DNA from: Candidatus Altiarchaeota archaeon
GTDB taxonomy: Archaea > Altiarchaeota > Altiarchaeia > IMC4 > SCGC-AAA252-I15
Direction of reading: 5' to 3'
DNA: 64,000 bases
Assembly: GCA_043800255.1 (NCBI GenBank)
Contig: JAZDNF010000001.1
Coordinates: forward strand, 192,001-256,000
Of this stretch, positions 20,327 through 28,911 are shown one piece after another. Every line of letters starts with the position of its first letter. Within the stretch, counting starts at the first letter, position 1. Position numbers and translations under genes: made by a program. The notes beneath the pieces are model-generated. The model searched no databases and was not told the origin of the DNA. It worked only from the letters and a program-made list of their open reading frames with translations.

Positions 20327-20368
20327 CCACGGGCTCGATGACCCGTAATAAACACATAAAAATAAACA

Positions 20369-20490
20369 GGGCTCGTAGATCAGCCTGGTAGATCGCCACC
20401 TTGGCAAGAACCCTTTCTTAAGAAGAAAGCGTTCACGGAAAGAACCTTCCAAAATGGTGGAGGCCTCGGGTTCGAATCCCGACGAGTCCA
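20369..20490 (+). tRNA. tRNA-Ala(GGC) with 48-nt intron at 37/38 (20407-20454)
   Basis: GGGCTCG/CGAGTCC acceptor, GATC D-stem, CCACC-TTGGCA|T-GGTGG, TCGGG-TTCGAAT-CCCGA; BHB helix TTGG/CCAA with 3-nt bulges. Confidence 0.93.
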
Positions 20491-20492
20491 TT

Positions 20493-20561
20493 CAGCCTTT
20501 AGCAAAGGCTGGCGAAAATGTGCGGCATGCGCTCACTCCATTCGCTTAGCCGCACCTGACA
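20493..20561 (+). repeat. short hairpin/A-tract element plus second hairpin downstream of tRNA-Ala
   Basis: CAGCCTTT-AGC-AAAGGCTG-GCGAAAA, then GTGCGGC...GCCGCAC-CTGACA. Confidence 0.65.
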
Positions 20562-20580
20562 ATTTATCCTATCAATTTTC

Positions 20581-20654
20581 GGGGCCGTAGGGTAGCTTGG
20601 ATATCCTCCCAGCTTGGGGTGCTGGAAACCCGAGTTCAAATCTCGGCGGCCCCA
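20581..20654 (+). tRNA. tRNA-Pro(GGG)
   Basis: GGGGCCG/CGGCCCC acceptor, CCAGC-TTGGGGT-GCTGG, CCGAG-TTCAAAT-CTCGG. Confidence 0.95.
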
Positions 20655-20655
20655 T

Positions 20656-20718
20656 TGAAACTTTTAACGAAAAGTTTCATCAAAAATGTGCTGGGTTCGC
20701 TTTCGCTCACCAGCGCTG
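20656..20718 (+). repeat. short hairpin/A-tract element plus second hairpin downstream of tRNA-Pro
   Basis: TGAAACTTTT-AACG-AAAAGTTTCA-TCAAAAA, then GTGCTGG...CCAGCGC-TGA. Confidence 0.65.
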
Positions 20719-20803
20719 AATAAGAGATGGCAGACCTGTGCTGCATTCTGCTTCGCCCCAGCAGCGCAGGCGTATTTTTATTCTAATATTCTTATAATCT
20801 CCT

Positions 20804-21325
20804 ATGCGCGGCAGGCTTGTTTTGGGGTTGATGCTGCTCACAGTTCTCCTCTCCGGGTGTCTTGGAGGCGGAAGCAGCAAGGTCATCACCCGATACCAGT
20901 GTTATGACGGCTCGGTAGTATCCTACCTGAACGAATGCTCTAACCCTTCCAACAGCGGCGGCACGCCGAACACGATAGTCCAGACTACAGTATCCTCATC
21001 AGGCGGCACCCAGACCGTAACCTCCTGCCCGACCACGATACCCTGCAACTGCTTCGGCCAGAAGACCACAACCTCAGTGCCTCCGAAACTGGGCCCAATA
21101 TGCGCTAGCGACGGCGAATGCGGCACACTATCCTACGGTGCAATAAGATGCCAGAGCGGCGACGCCTACAAGGTCAAGAACACCCCCAAATGCGACCTTG
21201 ACAACTACGACGGCCAGATGCACTGCAAAACCCTCTCAGAGCTCGAACTCTACCAGGAGTGCACCGACACCCAGAGATGCGCTAAAGACAAGGGCTGCGT
21301 CGCCTACACAGAAGAAAGCGAATGA
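20804..21325 (+). CDS. Cys-rich lipoprotein
   Basis: Lipobox LLSGC, Ser/Thr linker, multi-Cys C-terminal module. Confidence 0.75.
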   Translation: MRGRLVLGLMLLTVLLSGCLGGGSSKVITRYQCYDGSVVSYLNECSNPSNSGGTPNTIVQTTVSSSGGTQTVTSCPTTIPCNCFGQKTTTSVPPKLGPICASDGECGTLSYGAIRCQSGDAYKVKNTPKCDLDNYDGQMHCKTLSELELYQECTDTQRCAKDKGCVAYTEESE

Positions 21326-21340
21326 CGCCTCTTCTATAAA

Positions 21341-21751
21341 ATGAACATCAAAAAAATCCTCCTGTCTGGAATAGTCTCAGGTTTTGTCGTGGCCGTAATC
21401 TTCTGGGCTGCCAGCCTCGCTGCGCAGGCGATTTTCTCCTACAACGCAGCGAAACTTGACGGCATGCGCGATGTCAAGGACCCGGTGATGCTGCTGTTCT
21501 TCCTGTACCCCTGGATATTGTCGTTTGCGATGACCCTCGTTTATGCAAAAATAAGGCCCACGTTGCAGGGCGGCATCGTGCAAAAAGGCAGAAAATTCGG
21601 CATCCTAGTCTGGGTTGTCGCCGCCGTGCCCTCAGCATTCCTCGTATACGCGAGCATGAACTATCCCCTCGGCTTCACAATAAACTCGTTAATCGGCAGC
21701 CTCTTATACACTGTCGCCGCGGGAATGACCATAGCCAAACTGATAGGATAA
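21341..21751 (+). CDS. four-TM membrane protein
   Basis: Four hydrophobic helices; KG.KFG motif before TM3. Confidence 0.75.
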   Translation: MNIKKILLSGIVSGFVVAVIFWAASLAAQAIFSYNAAKLDGMRDVKDPVMLLFFLYPWILSFAMTLVYAKIRPTLQGGIVQKGRKFGILVWVVAAVPSAFLVYASMNYPLGFTINSLIGSLLYTVAAGMTIAKLIG

Positions 21752-21824
21752 CACAGCAGACCCGGAACACTCCCCCCTAAATTCAACTTTTTATCTAAAA
21801 ATTACTAATATAACCCCTCACCCA

Positions 21825-21870
21825 CAGCCCTTTTCTTTTAGGAAAAGAAAAGCGCTGGCGGAAAAGAAAA
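21825..21870 (+). repeat. hairpin plus mirror purine tract (intrastrand triplex-like) element
   Basis: CAGC-C-CTTTTCTTTT-AGG-AAAAGAAAAG-C-GCTG-GCG-GAAAAGAAAA. Confidence 0.8.
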
Positions 21871-21947
21871 ATAAACAGGCTGTCACTAATAATTAAGGGC
21901 TACTAAGCGAATGCAAGTGGCTCATCTGGTGCAGCTTTATCCAAGAT

Positions 21948-22093
21948 GCCTCGGTGGCTCAGACTGGTAGAGCGGCAGACTTGTAAGGACCTTTCTTTCT
22001 TAGGAAGAAAGAAACGTCCACGAAAGAGAGAAGAACTCGTGGACAGGGCCTCACGTTATCTGCACGTCGAGGGTTCAAATCCCTCCCGGGGCT
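21948..22093 (+). tRNA. tRNA-Thr(TGT) with 72-nt intron at 37/38 (21986-22057)
   Basis: GCCTCGG/CCGGGGC acceptor, GCTC/GAGC D-stem, GCAGA-CTTGTA|A-TCTGC, GAGGG-TTCAAAT-CCCTC; relaxed BHB. Confidence 0.92.
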
Positions 22094-22095
22094 AT

Positions 22096-22141
22096 AGACT
22101 TTTCTTTCTTTCCAAAGAAAACGTTAACGAAAAGAAAGAAA
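22096..22141 (+). repeat. hairpin plus mirror purine tract element downstream of tRNA-Thr
   Basis: GAC-TTTTCTTT-CTTTCC-AAAGAAAA-CGTTAACG-AAAAGAAA. Confidence 0.75.
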
Positions 22142-22183
22142 CCGCTTTGGGGATACGAAAAACATCCGATAAGAGTTTACCCC

Positions 22184-22921
22184 TCATTTTTCTAGAAGGT
22201 AATATAACTCTGTGTCGGAGTTCTTATAATCTCCCTGGTGCTTATTAATCTCGACTACCTTGAAACCAATATAACTCAAATTTTTTTCTATTTCGGCAGT
22301 TGTGTATGCCCTTACTCTATTGATTTTTCTTTCACGACTTCTAACATCAGCTAAGAAGGATTTGAAATATACTTCGGATAATAAATTCGGAAATTGTATC
22401 AATGCTTTTCCACCTTTTTTCAGAACTCTGAATATCTCCGTGAGTGCAACGAATGAATCTTCTTTATTCATATGTTGGACAACCAGAAATGAGAAAATAA
22501 AATCAAACGTGTTATCACTGAACTCAAGTTCCCGGGCGTCAGCCCTATACACGAAAACATTTTGAAATTTCTTTAGTCTATCTCTGGCGATAGTTATCAT
22601 TTCATCAGAAATGTCCACACAATGAAGTTGCTTGCAGTAAGATGCTAGATAACTATCTATCCTCCCAATCCCGCAGCCAACATCCAATATTATCGCATTT
22701 TTAGGCATAACCGTAAGTAATATGTTATCAACAGTGGATTTGCCGCTTTCTTCAAATTGTTCCTTGGTGTAACCATCGCAAATCGCATTAATAAGATCTT
22801 TTTTGGCAGAATCGTTCCAAACTTCTCGATAAGTACTTCTAAGACTCCTCTTTCTCCGACCCAGCCAAACTATGCATCTATATATTGCATATAAACCTAT
22901 GGCATAGTACCCTATGAACAT
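22184..22921 (-). CDS. class I SAM-dependent methyltransferase with N-terminal hydrophobic anchor
   Basis: ILDVGCGIG, VDIS..MI, F.DNTFD.I, EIFRVLKKGG; AT-rich. Confidence 0.9.
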   Translation of the reverse strand: MFIGYYAIGLYAIYRCIVWLGRRKRSLRSTYREVWNDSAKKDLINAICDGYTKEQFEESGKSTVDNILLTVMPKNAIILDVGCGIGRIDSYLASYCKQLHCVDISDEMITIARDRLKKFQNVFVYRADARELEFSDNTFDFIFSFLVVQHMNKEDSFVALTEIFRVLKKGGKALIQFPNLLSEVYFKSFLADVRSRERKINRVRAYTTAEIEKNLSYIGFKVVEINKHQGDYKNSDTELYYLLEK

Positions 22922-23160
22922 TTTCTTTTAGTAGTAATTCAAACAATTTACTTCCACACCCTTAAATATACTACTGTCTTTTGGATTTTAATGTAAAATA
23001 ACGATTCGATTAAATGTTAATCTATTCGGTTCTTTAGTATCCTTTCGGCTCACTCGCGCGGCATCCGCAGCCTGTTTCGTCGTAGAATTGTATCATACCT
23101 CCTCTGCACACCCAGTCCGTGGCCGCACACTGAGTCTGGTTCGAGCTAATGTACTCCCTG

Positions 23161-23186
23161 AATCCCCCCCGGGGCTTCAGACTTTT
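23161..23186 (+). repeat. imperfect direct repeat of the tRNA-Thr 3' end (att-like)
   Basis: AATCCCCCCCGGGGCTTCAGACTTTT vs AATCCCTCCCGGGGCTATAGACTTTT at 22078-22103 (23 of 26 identical). Confidence 0.65.
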
Positions 23187-23308
23187 TTACCCTGCGGTCT
23201 AGCGTTTTTATTTTGCTGTTAATTGGGTGTTATGGACTAACAGATGTTCGATTCCAGTGGGAGTAGTTTCAATTTGAGATGGATGCTTTTTCCCCTGTTA
23301 ATGCATCC

Positions 23309-24076
23309 TCATTTTTCCATAAATTGCAGGAAGCAACTATATCTTATCAGTCCTTCCAGATGTTTATCCACTATCGGAACGCCGGAGAGATTTCGGTTCA
23401 CCATGATGTTCGCGATCTTATCGCATCTATCCCCCGGTTTAGCCACGTAAGGATTCTCGGTCATTAAGTCTTTAACATCTGTCTTTATGTCAATAGTTCT
23501 TTTTTGTCGAAGGTGTTTGAGTATGTTGATGGGAGTTATAACACCCACAACATCTCCGTCCGAGATAATAATCGAATACTTGTCGTCATATCCCCCCATT
23601 TTCCTAAAGAAAGTCTCTAGTGAGTCGTTAAGTGAAAATGTTGCATAGCGGTATGTCATAAGGTCGCGCGCCTTGTACCTATGCCCATAATGTTTGGCGA
23701 ATATCTTTCCAATCTCTTTTCTTGTTATCACCCCCAATGGCTTGTTATCCAATACTATCGGAATGAATCGGCTACTCCTCTCAAACATCAGATTGACGAT
23801 CTGCTTTAACTCATCATCGGGGTGAGCATAAATAACTTCTTCAGTCATGATATCCGATATTTTAATGTGAACGGACTTGATTTTGCCTTCTTTCAACCAT
23901 TTTATTAAATCAAAGTCAGATACAATACCCTTAAGATTTCCATCATCAACCACTAGAATCCCGTTTGAATTTTTCCCCAGCATTGCGTCTATAGTATCCA
24001 GTACCGTTGCTTCTGGCGTAACAGAGATAATGTCGACCATACGGTCTTTAGCCTTTATCTGCTCCAGGATATTCAT
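23309..24076 (-). CDS. CBS-domain protein (two CBS pairs)
   Basis: Four repeats ending GIVS.FD, GVITRKE, GVITP.N, GLIRY; DIMT/DLMT motifs. Confidence 0.9.
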   Translation of the reverse strand: MNILEQIKAKDRMVDIISVTPEATVLDTIDAMLGKNSNGILVVDDGNLKGIVSDFDLIKWLKEGKIKSVHIKISDIMTEEVIYAHPDDELKQIVNLMFERSSRFIPIVLDNKPLGVITRKEIGKIFAKHYGHRYKARDLMTYRYATFSLNDSLETFFRKMGGYDDKYSIIISDGDVVGVITPINILKHLRQKRTIDIKTDVKDLMTENPYVAKPGDRCDKIANIMVNRNLSGVPIVDKHLEGLIRYSCFLQFMEK

Positions 24077-24433
24077 AGAACCGCCCGTAATCTATGAAAG
24101 TCTAACACATATAAGCACCTTGAGCTCCTTCATAGTGCTCACGCTATGTATTGCGTTTTACCTTTAAAATGCCGAATTTTAACCTTTCAGTAACGTATAA
24201 AAGTCGAGACTTCAACGAAGTGCTAGTTTTCCGTGAAAACGTTGGTAGTCGCTCCCTCGGAAGAATAGAGTGGATACTGCAATAAAAAATCAGTCTAATC
24301 AACTGATTTTAGGTCATTATCTTGATCTTTGAAATGATAATCCTAGTAATATAACCGACAACATAGTGTGCCGATCCTATCCCCTACTCTGTTCTGAGTC
24401 CCGCCGTCGGCAAGACAGAATAATATTGATAAA

Positions 24434-24832
24434 TTATCCTCTTTTCTTGATGTTGGGTTTTTGCGCTCTGAGTTTTTTCCTGATTTGGAGCATTGTGCTG
24501 CCGCCTTTCAATGCTGAGCACTTGTGGCAGAGGAGCTGGAGGTTTTCTATGTTGTCTCTGCCTCCGTGGGATACTGGTTTTCTGCGGTCTATTATGAGGT
24601 TCCGGCGGTTGTAGCTTTTCCCGCAGAGACTGCATTTCCTGCCCCTGCGGCAGAGGTGTTCCTTGATCAAGTACACCATCTTGTCCTTGGGCGTGTCCGG
24701 CTCAGCGTTGAGCGCTAGGATGAGGCTCTCATCCAGGGGTTCTATAAACTTGAACTCATGGGCTTTTTTAGCTTCATCATAGTTGGTCATTTTTTCTTTC
24801 ACTGTTACCAGCGGCTTCGCCCGACTATACAT
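24434..24832 (-). CDS. HNH-fold zinc-finger protein, probably catalytically degenerate
   Basis: CSLCG...IIDRRKPVSHGG.D..ENLQLLCHKCSALKG; alternative start at 24790. Confidence 0.75.
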   Translation of the reverse strand: MYSRAKPLVTVKEKMTNYDEAKKAHEFKFIEPLDESLILALNAEPDTPKDKMVYLIKEHLCRRGRKCSLCGKSYNRRNLIIDRRKPVSHGGRDNIENLQLLCHKCSALKGGSTMLQIRKKLRAQKPNIKKRG

Positions 24833-26115
24833 TAGTAACGTCGTCTGTTTTGCGGTCTTCTGCGGATGTTTCTGCCTGATGGATGCTCTCCCGGCCTGCC
24901 CCCATGTTGCCGGGGCTTCTGCACACCCCTCGGAGGACGCCTGGCGCTTCTTCCAGTGGCTGTTTGGGCGATGTGGGAGTGGAACGGGTGATCGTCTACG
25001 ACCTTGATCGGCTGCCGTATGAACCGCTCAATATTCCTCAGGCAGTCGCGCTCCTGCGCCTCACAGAATGATATCGCAGTCCCCTTCTTGCCGATGCGGG
25101 CTGTCCTCCCGATCCTATGGACGTAGCTTTCCGGCTCATCTGGTATCTCATAGTTGATTACGTGTGTTATGTCGTCAACGTCTATGCCCCGCGCCGCGAT
25201 GTCTGTGGCGACGAGCACCGGCGTGCGCCCGGCGCGGAAACTGTTGAGCGCGTGTGTCCTTGCATTCTGGCTCTTGTTCCCATGGATTACTTGGGCGCGA
25301 ATGTTGGCGGCGGAAAGGTTCAATGCGACCCTGTCGGCCGTGTGTTTGGTGCGCGTGAAGATCAGCGTCCTCTTCGCCCCGTATTCGGTTATGACTTTTG
25401 CCAGAAGATGCCTTTTTTTGTCGCGGTCGACGAACATCACCCTCTGATCCACCAGTTCCACAGTCGGCGACTCCGGGTTCACAGACACCTTGACCGGGTT
25501 TGTGAGTATTGCGCCTGCCAATGAGACGATCTCCTGCGCCATTGTCGCCGAGAAGAAGAGCGACTGCCGCTTGCGCGGAAGCGATGCGATAATCTTCCTG
25601 ATATCGCGTATGAATCCCATGTCGAGCATCCTGTCCGCTTCGTCCAGCACGAATATTTCGACGCTGTCAAGCCTTATGTGCCTCTGGTTCATGAGGTCCA
25701 GAAGCCTGCCGGGTGTCGCAATAAGGACGTCGACGCCGCGGTATATCGCAGACACCTGCGGTGTCTGGCCGACGCCGCCGAAGACAATAGCCTGACTCTG
25801 GTGCATATAACGCCCATAAGCCCTGAAACTCTCCCCTATCTGAGCCGCAAGCTCCCTGGTCGGAGTGAGGATCAAAACCCTCGCGCTCCTCGGCGCAGCA
25901 TTTTTCTTAAACGCGGCAAGGCGCTGCATGATAGGCAGCGCAAAAGCCGCGGTCTTGCCTGTCCCAGTCTGCGCCACACCAATCAAATCACGCCCGCGCA
26001 AGATGACAGGAACAGCCTGGACCTGAATAGGAGTAGGCCTATCATAACCCTCATCCTTCAACGCCCGCCGAAGCGGCTCAACAAGCGAAAGAGATTCAAA
26101 AGATTCATCAACCAT
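24832..26115 (-). CDS. DEAD-box RNA helicase (RhlE-like)
   Basis: Q motif [44 protein letters not shown]; Arg-rich tail. Confidence 0.96.
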   Translation of the reverse strand: MVDESFESLSLVEPLRRALKDEGYDRPTPIQVQAVPVILRGRDLIGVAQTGTGKTAAFALPIMQRLAAFKKNAAPRSARVLILTPTRELAAQIGESFRAYGRYMHQSQAIVFGGVGQTPQVSAIYRGVDVLIATPGRLLDLMNQRHIRLDSVEIFVLDEADRMLDMGFIRDIRKIIASLPRKRQSLFFSATMAQEIVSLAGAILTNPVKVSVNPESPTVELVDQRVMFVDRDKKRHLLAKVITEYGAKRTLIFTRTKHTADRVALNLSAANIRAQVIHGNKSQNARTHALNSFRAGRTPVLVATDIAARGIDVDDITHVINYEIPDEPESYVHRIGRTARIGKKGTAISFCEAQERDCLRNIERFIRQPIKVVDDHPFHSHIAQTATGRSARRPPRGVQKPRQHGGRPGEHPSGRNIRRRPQNRRRY

Positions 26116-26250
26116 AAGTCTAAACATAAGGTTTAGGCGCATATATACGACAACCCACAGACGAATGAGGTTATACCTTAGCACTAACTGGCATATACTC
26201 GATACGGCAAAGTTTTTCCTTCAGACCGTTCTTGGGCTTTAACGGAAATT

Positions 26251-27408
26251 TCAGAGCATCCTCAGGTCTACGCAGAGGCTGTCCCATGTGGGGTATTCTT
26301 CGACGACTGCAGGCTTCAGGCCGGCCTTCTTAATCTCGTCAGCGAGTTCCTCAGCAACCCAAGCGCCTGTCAGTATCCTCAGTCTGCGTCTGTCAACTTC
26401 TAGGAGAATGGGGGGTATGCCCAGCGTCTCAGACAGTCGGCGGGCTGTCCTAGATAACTTTGACAGGTAACTCCTCCTTGTTTGTTGTGTGAGCCTTTCT
26501 AGCTTGTCCTGGTAGCCGAATGACGGCGTCAATTCCGGCAGATACAGCGCTCCCCGGATGAGCAGGCCGTCGCCTGTCACTATATCATACTCTTTCGCGA
26601 CGTTCTTCGCCCTCCTCTTCAGCCTGTTCCTCAACTGGACTGCATCCTTCAGCTTGACCGTGCAGAAGTGGACGTTCAGTCTTGTGTTCCTGGCGCAATA
26701 CTGCAGCAGCTTCAATCCAGCCTCCCTGCTCCCCTTCACGGCTGATGAGGCGTCGCTTACGGCCCTGAAACCGCGCTCGTGCATTTCATTTACATTAGTC
26801 TCCGAAATCTCAAGCTCGTTGAGGTTCAGAAACCTTACTCCCAGGCTGCTGATGTAGTCTATGAATTTTTCAGTCTCCTTCAGCCTGCCTGGGATCACCG
26901 GTATCTCGCAGCCGACATCCCAGTCGAATTCCAGCGCCATCTCGAGGCCAGGACTCCTGCTGAAGTCAGATTTCAGGAAGTCGGGGTGGAACCTTATCTC
27001 ATCCAAACCGGCGTCATACAATCTCCTCAGGTTTCTCCTGGTGGCGGATCTGCCGGTAGTATACAGATGGATGTGGAATCGCTTTCCAAAGCGCTTCTTG
27101 AACAGTCTGATGTACTTTACTGTTCGGTCGATCCTATAGAGGGGGTCTCCTCCTGTGAAGCCGGCCCCGGTCGAACTGCACAGTCTGGCCTCCTCCAGGA
27201 CTTCAGCAGGCTTTTTAATCCACCATTCGTTAGCAACTATGACGTCCCTGCCCTTCTTCCTAGCGCTGAGCGGGCAGTACCAGCATCGGGAAGAGCATAA
27301 TCCTGTCACCAGGAGAACTGTCTTCCTGCCTCTGACACAGTGCCTGCAGCCTTCCGGAAGCTTTCCAACAAGCCAAGAGTGATACGGCGTCCTGCGGATT
27401 TTCCTCAT
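26251..27408 (-). CDS. radical SAM protein (conserved archaeal uncharacterised family)
   Basis: CSSRCWYCP motif, TGGDP, GLDEIRFHP, C-terminal VEEYPT.D. Confidence 0.9.
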   Translation of the reverse strand: MRKIRRTPYHSWLVGKLPEGCRHCVRGRKTVLLVTGLCSSRCWYCPLSARKKGRDVIVANEWWIKKPAEVLEEARLCSSTGAGFTGGDPLYRIDRTVKYIRLFKKRFGKRFHIHLYTTGRSATRRNLRRLYDAGLDEIRFHPDFLKSDFSRSPGLEMALEFDWDVGCEIPVIPGRLKETEKFIDYISSLGVRFLNLNELEISETNVNEMHERGFRAVSDASSAVKGSREAGLKLLQYCARNTRLNVHFCTVKLKDAVQLRNRLKRRAKNVAKEYDIVTGDGLLIRGALYLPELTPSFGYQDKLERLTQQTRRSYLSKLSRTARRLSETLGIPPILLEVDRRRLRILTGAWVAEELADEIKKAGLKPAVVEEYPTWDSLCVDLRML

Positions 27409-27467
27409 CTTCTGCTATTGAGTATGCTATTGAAACTTATTATACGGTTTCTTCTAATTCTTGGAAT

Positions 27468-28850
27468 ATGGCAGACTCGCCACCAGATGATAAGGATAAG
27501 AGCCTCGAATATTCGCTGAAGGACGGTTCCGCATTCTCTGTGATGACCGGCTTCGGGGAGCAGTACCTCAACCCTCTCGCCATAGAGCTCGGAGCCTCCA
27601 ACATACAGATAGGCCTGCTCGCATCAGTCCCTCCGTTCATAGCATCCCTCGCCCAGCTCTACACCACCCGACTTGTGAGCATCATCAGAGGCCGGAGGCA
27701 GGTGATAACAAAATCGGTCCTGCTGCAGGCTCTTATGTGGATTCCACTGGTGCTAATACCTATTATCTTGGTGCCGCACAAGGTCAGCCTCCTCATATTT
27801 TTTGTGGTGCTCTACTTCGTCTTCGGGCAGTTCGTCGCGCCAGTCTGGAACAGCCTCATGGGAGACCTCGTTGACGAGGACGTGAGAGGCAGGTTCTTCG
27901 GCATGAGGAACAAGATCACTGGGGCAGTCGCCTTCTTCTCGCTTTTCGCTGCAGGGTTCATTTTGAGCATGTTCCCGAAGGACAGGATAATGTACGGTTT
28001 CGCGCTCATATTCTCAGTCGCCTTCGCCGCCAGAATAGTGTCCTGGCATTACCTCGGGAGGATGCGAAACCCTCCGGTGACTTCCGCCAGGGAGGCTGAG
28101 TTCTCGTTCATCCAATACCTGAAGAAGCTGAGGGAGACGAACTACGGCAGGTTCGCACTCTACTACGGGCTTATGAACTTCACCGTGAACATCGCCAGCC
28201 CGTTCTTCACAGTGTACCTCCTCAGGGATCTGCATCTGCCCTACTACGAGTACACCATAATCACTGCATCCGTCGCCCTGGCGTCATTTCTGACGATGAC
28301 ATACTGGGGGCGGCTCGCGGACAGGTATGGGAACGCTAAGATACTGACCTTCTGCGGGGCGCTTGTGCCGGTAGTTCCCATCCTGTGGCTCTTCTCGAAA
28401 GATGTCACCTACCTGGTGCTGATACAGGCTGTGTCAGGTTTCGCGTGGGCTGGCTTCAACCTGTCAGCATCCAACTACATGTTCGACACTGTGAAGCCCT
28501 TGAAGAGGACGAGGGTGTTCTCATACCATAATGTGCTGGCAGGGTCCTCCATATTCCTGGGGGCGATGCTGGGCGGTCTCATGTCGAAGGTGATAACGTC
28601 GCCTTGGATATTCTACTCGAACCTGCAGATACTCTTCCTCATATCCGGACTGCTGAGAGCAGGCGTCTCATTAATCTTTTTGCCGAAGATAAGGGAGGTG
28701 AGGGAGGTAGAGCAGATAACCACGAAAGACTTTTTCATAAAATACAGCGGAACCGGGCCCATACTGGGTCTGACCTACCGAGCCGTGACAGGATTGCACA
28801 GGTCCTTCACTAGGGATGGCGGCGCCAGAGCCCGCGGCAGAGCGGCATGA
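27468..28850 (+). CDS. MFS transporter
   Basis: About 12 TM helices; WGRLADRYGN motif A; RGRFFG.RN. Confidence 0.92.
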   Translation: MADSPPDDKDKSLEYSLKDGSAFSVMTGFGEQYLNPLAIELGASNIQIGLLASVPPFIASLAQLYTTRLVSIIRGRRQVITKSVLLQALMWIPLVLIPIILVPHKVSLLIFFVVLYFVFGQFVAPVWNSLMGDLVDEDVRGRFFGMRNKITGAVAFFSLFAAGFILSMFPKDRIMYGFALIFSVAFAARIVSWHYLGRMRNPPVTSAREAEFSFIQYLKKLRETNYGRFALYYGLMNFTVNIASPFFTVYLLRDLHLPYYEYTIITASVALASFLTMTYWGRLADRYGNAKILTFCGALVPVVPILWLFSKDVTYLVLIQAVSGFAWAGFNLSASNYMFDTVKPLKRTRVFSYHNVLAGSSIFLGAMLGGLMSKVITSPWIFYSNLQILFLISGLLRAGVSLIFLPKIREVREVEQITTKDFFIKYSGTGPILGLTYRAVTGLHRSFTRDGGARARGRAA

Positions 28851-28911
28851 ATCCGATATTTTAATATCAGAGGCGTCATACCTATACATGAAGTTTACTG
28901 GCGCAAAATTC

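Noticed and set aside
20234-20491. ORFs overlapping tRNA genes (20234-20491 minus; 21946-22248 plus)
   Set aside because: Shadow frames across tRNA-Ala and tRNA-Thr.
24286-24310. Hairpin AAAATCAGT-CTAATCA-ACTGATTTT sharing the CTAATCA loop with the tRNA-like element
   Set aside because: A 7-nt match in AT-rich DNA is likely chance; it may be a simple terminator or operator.
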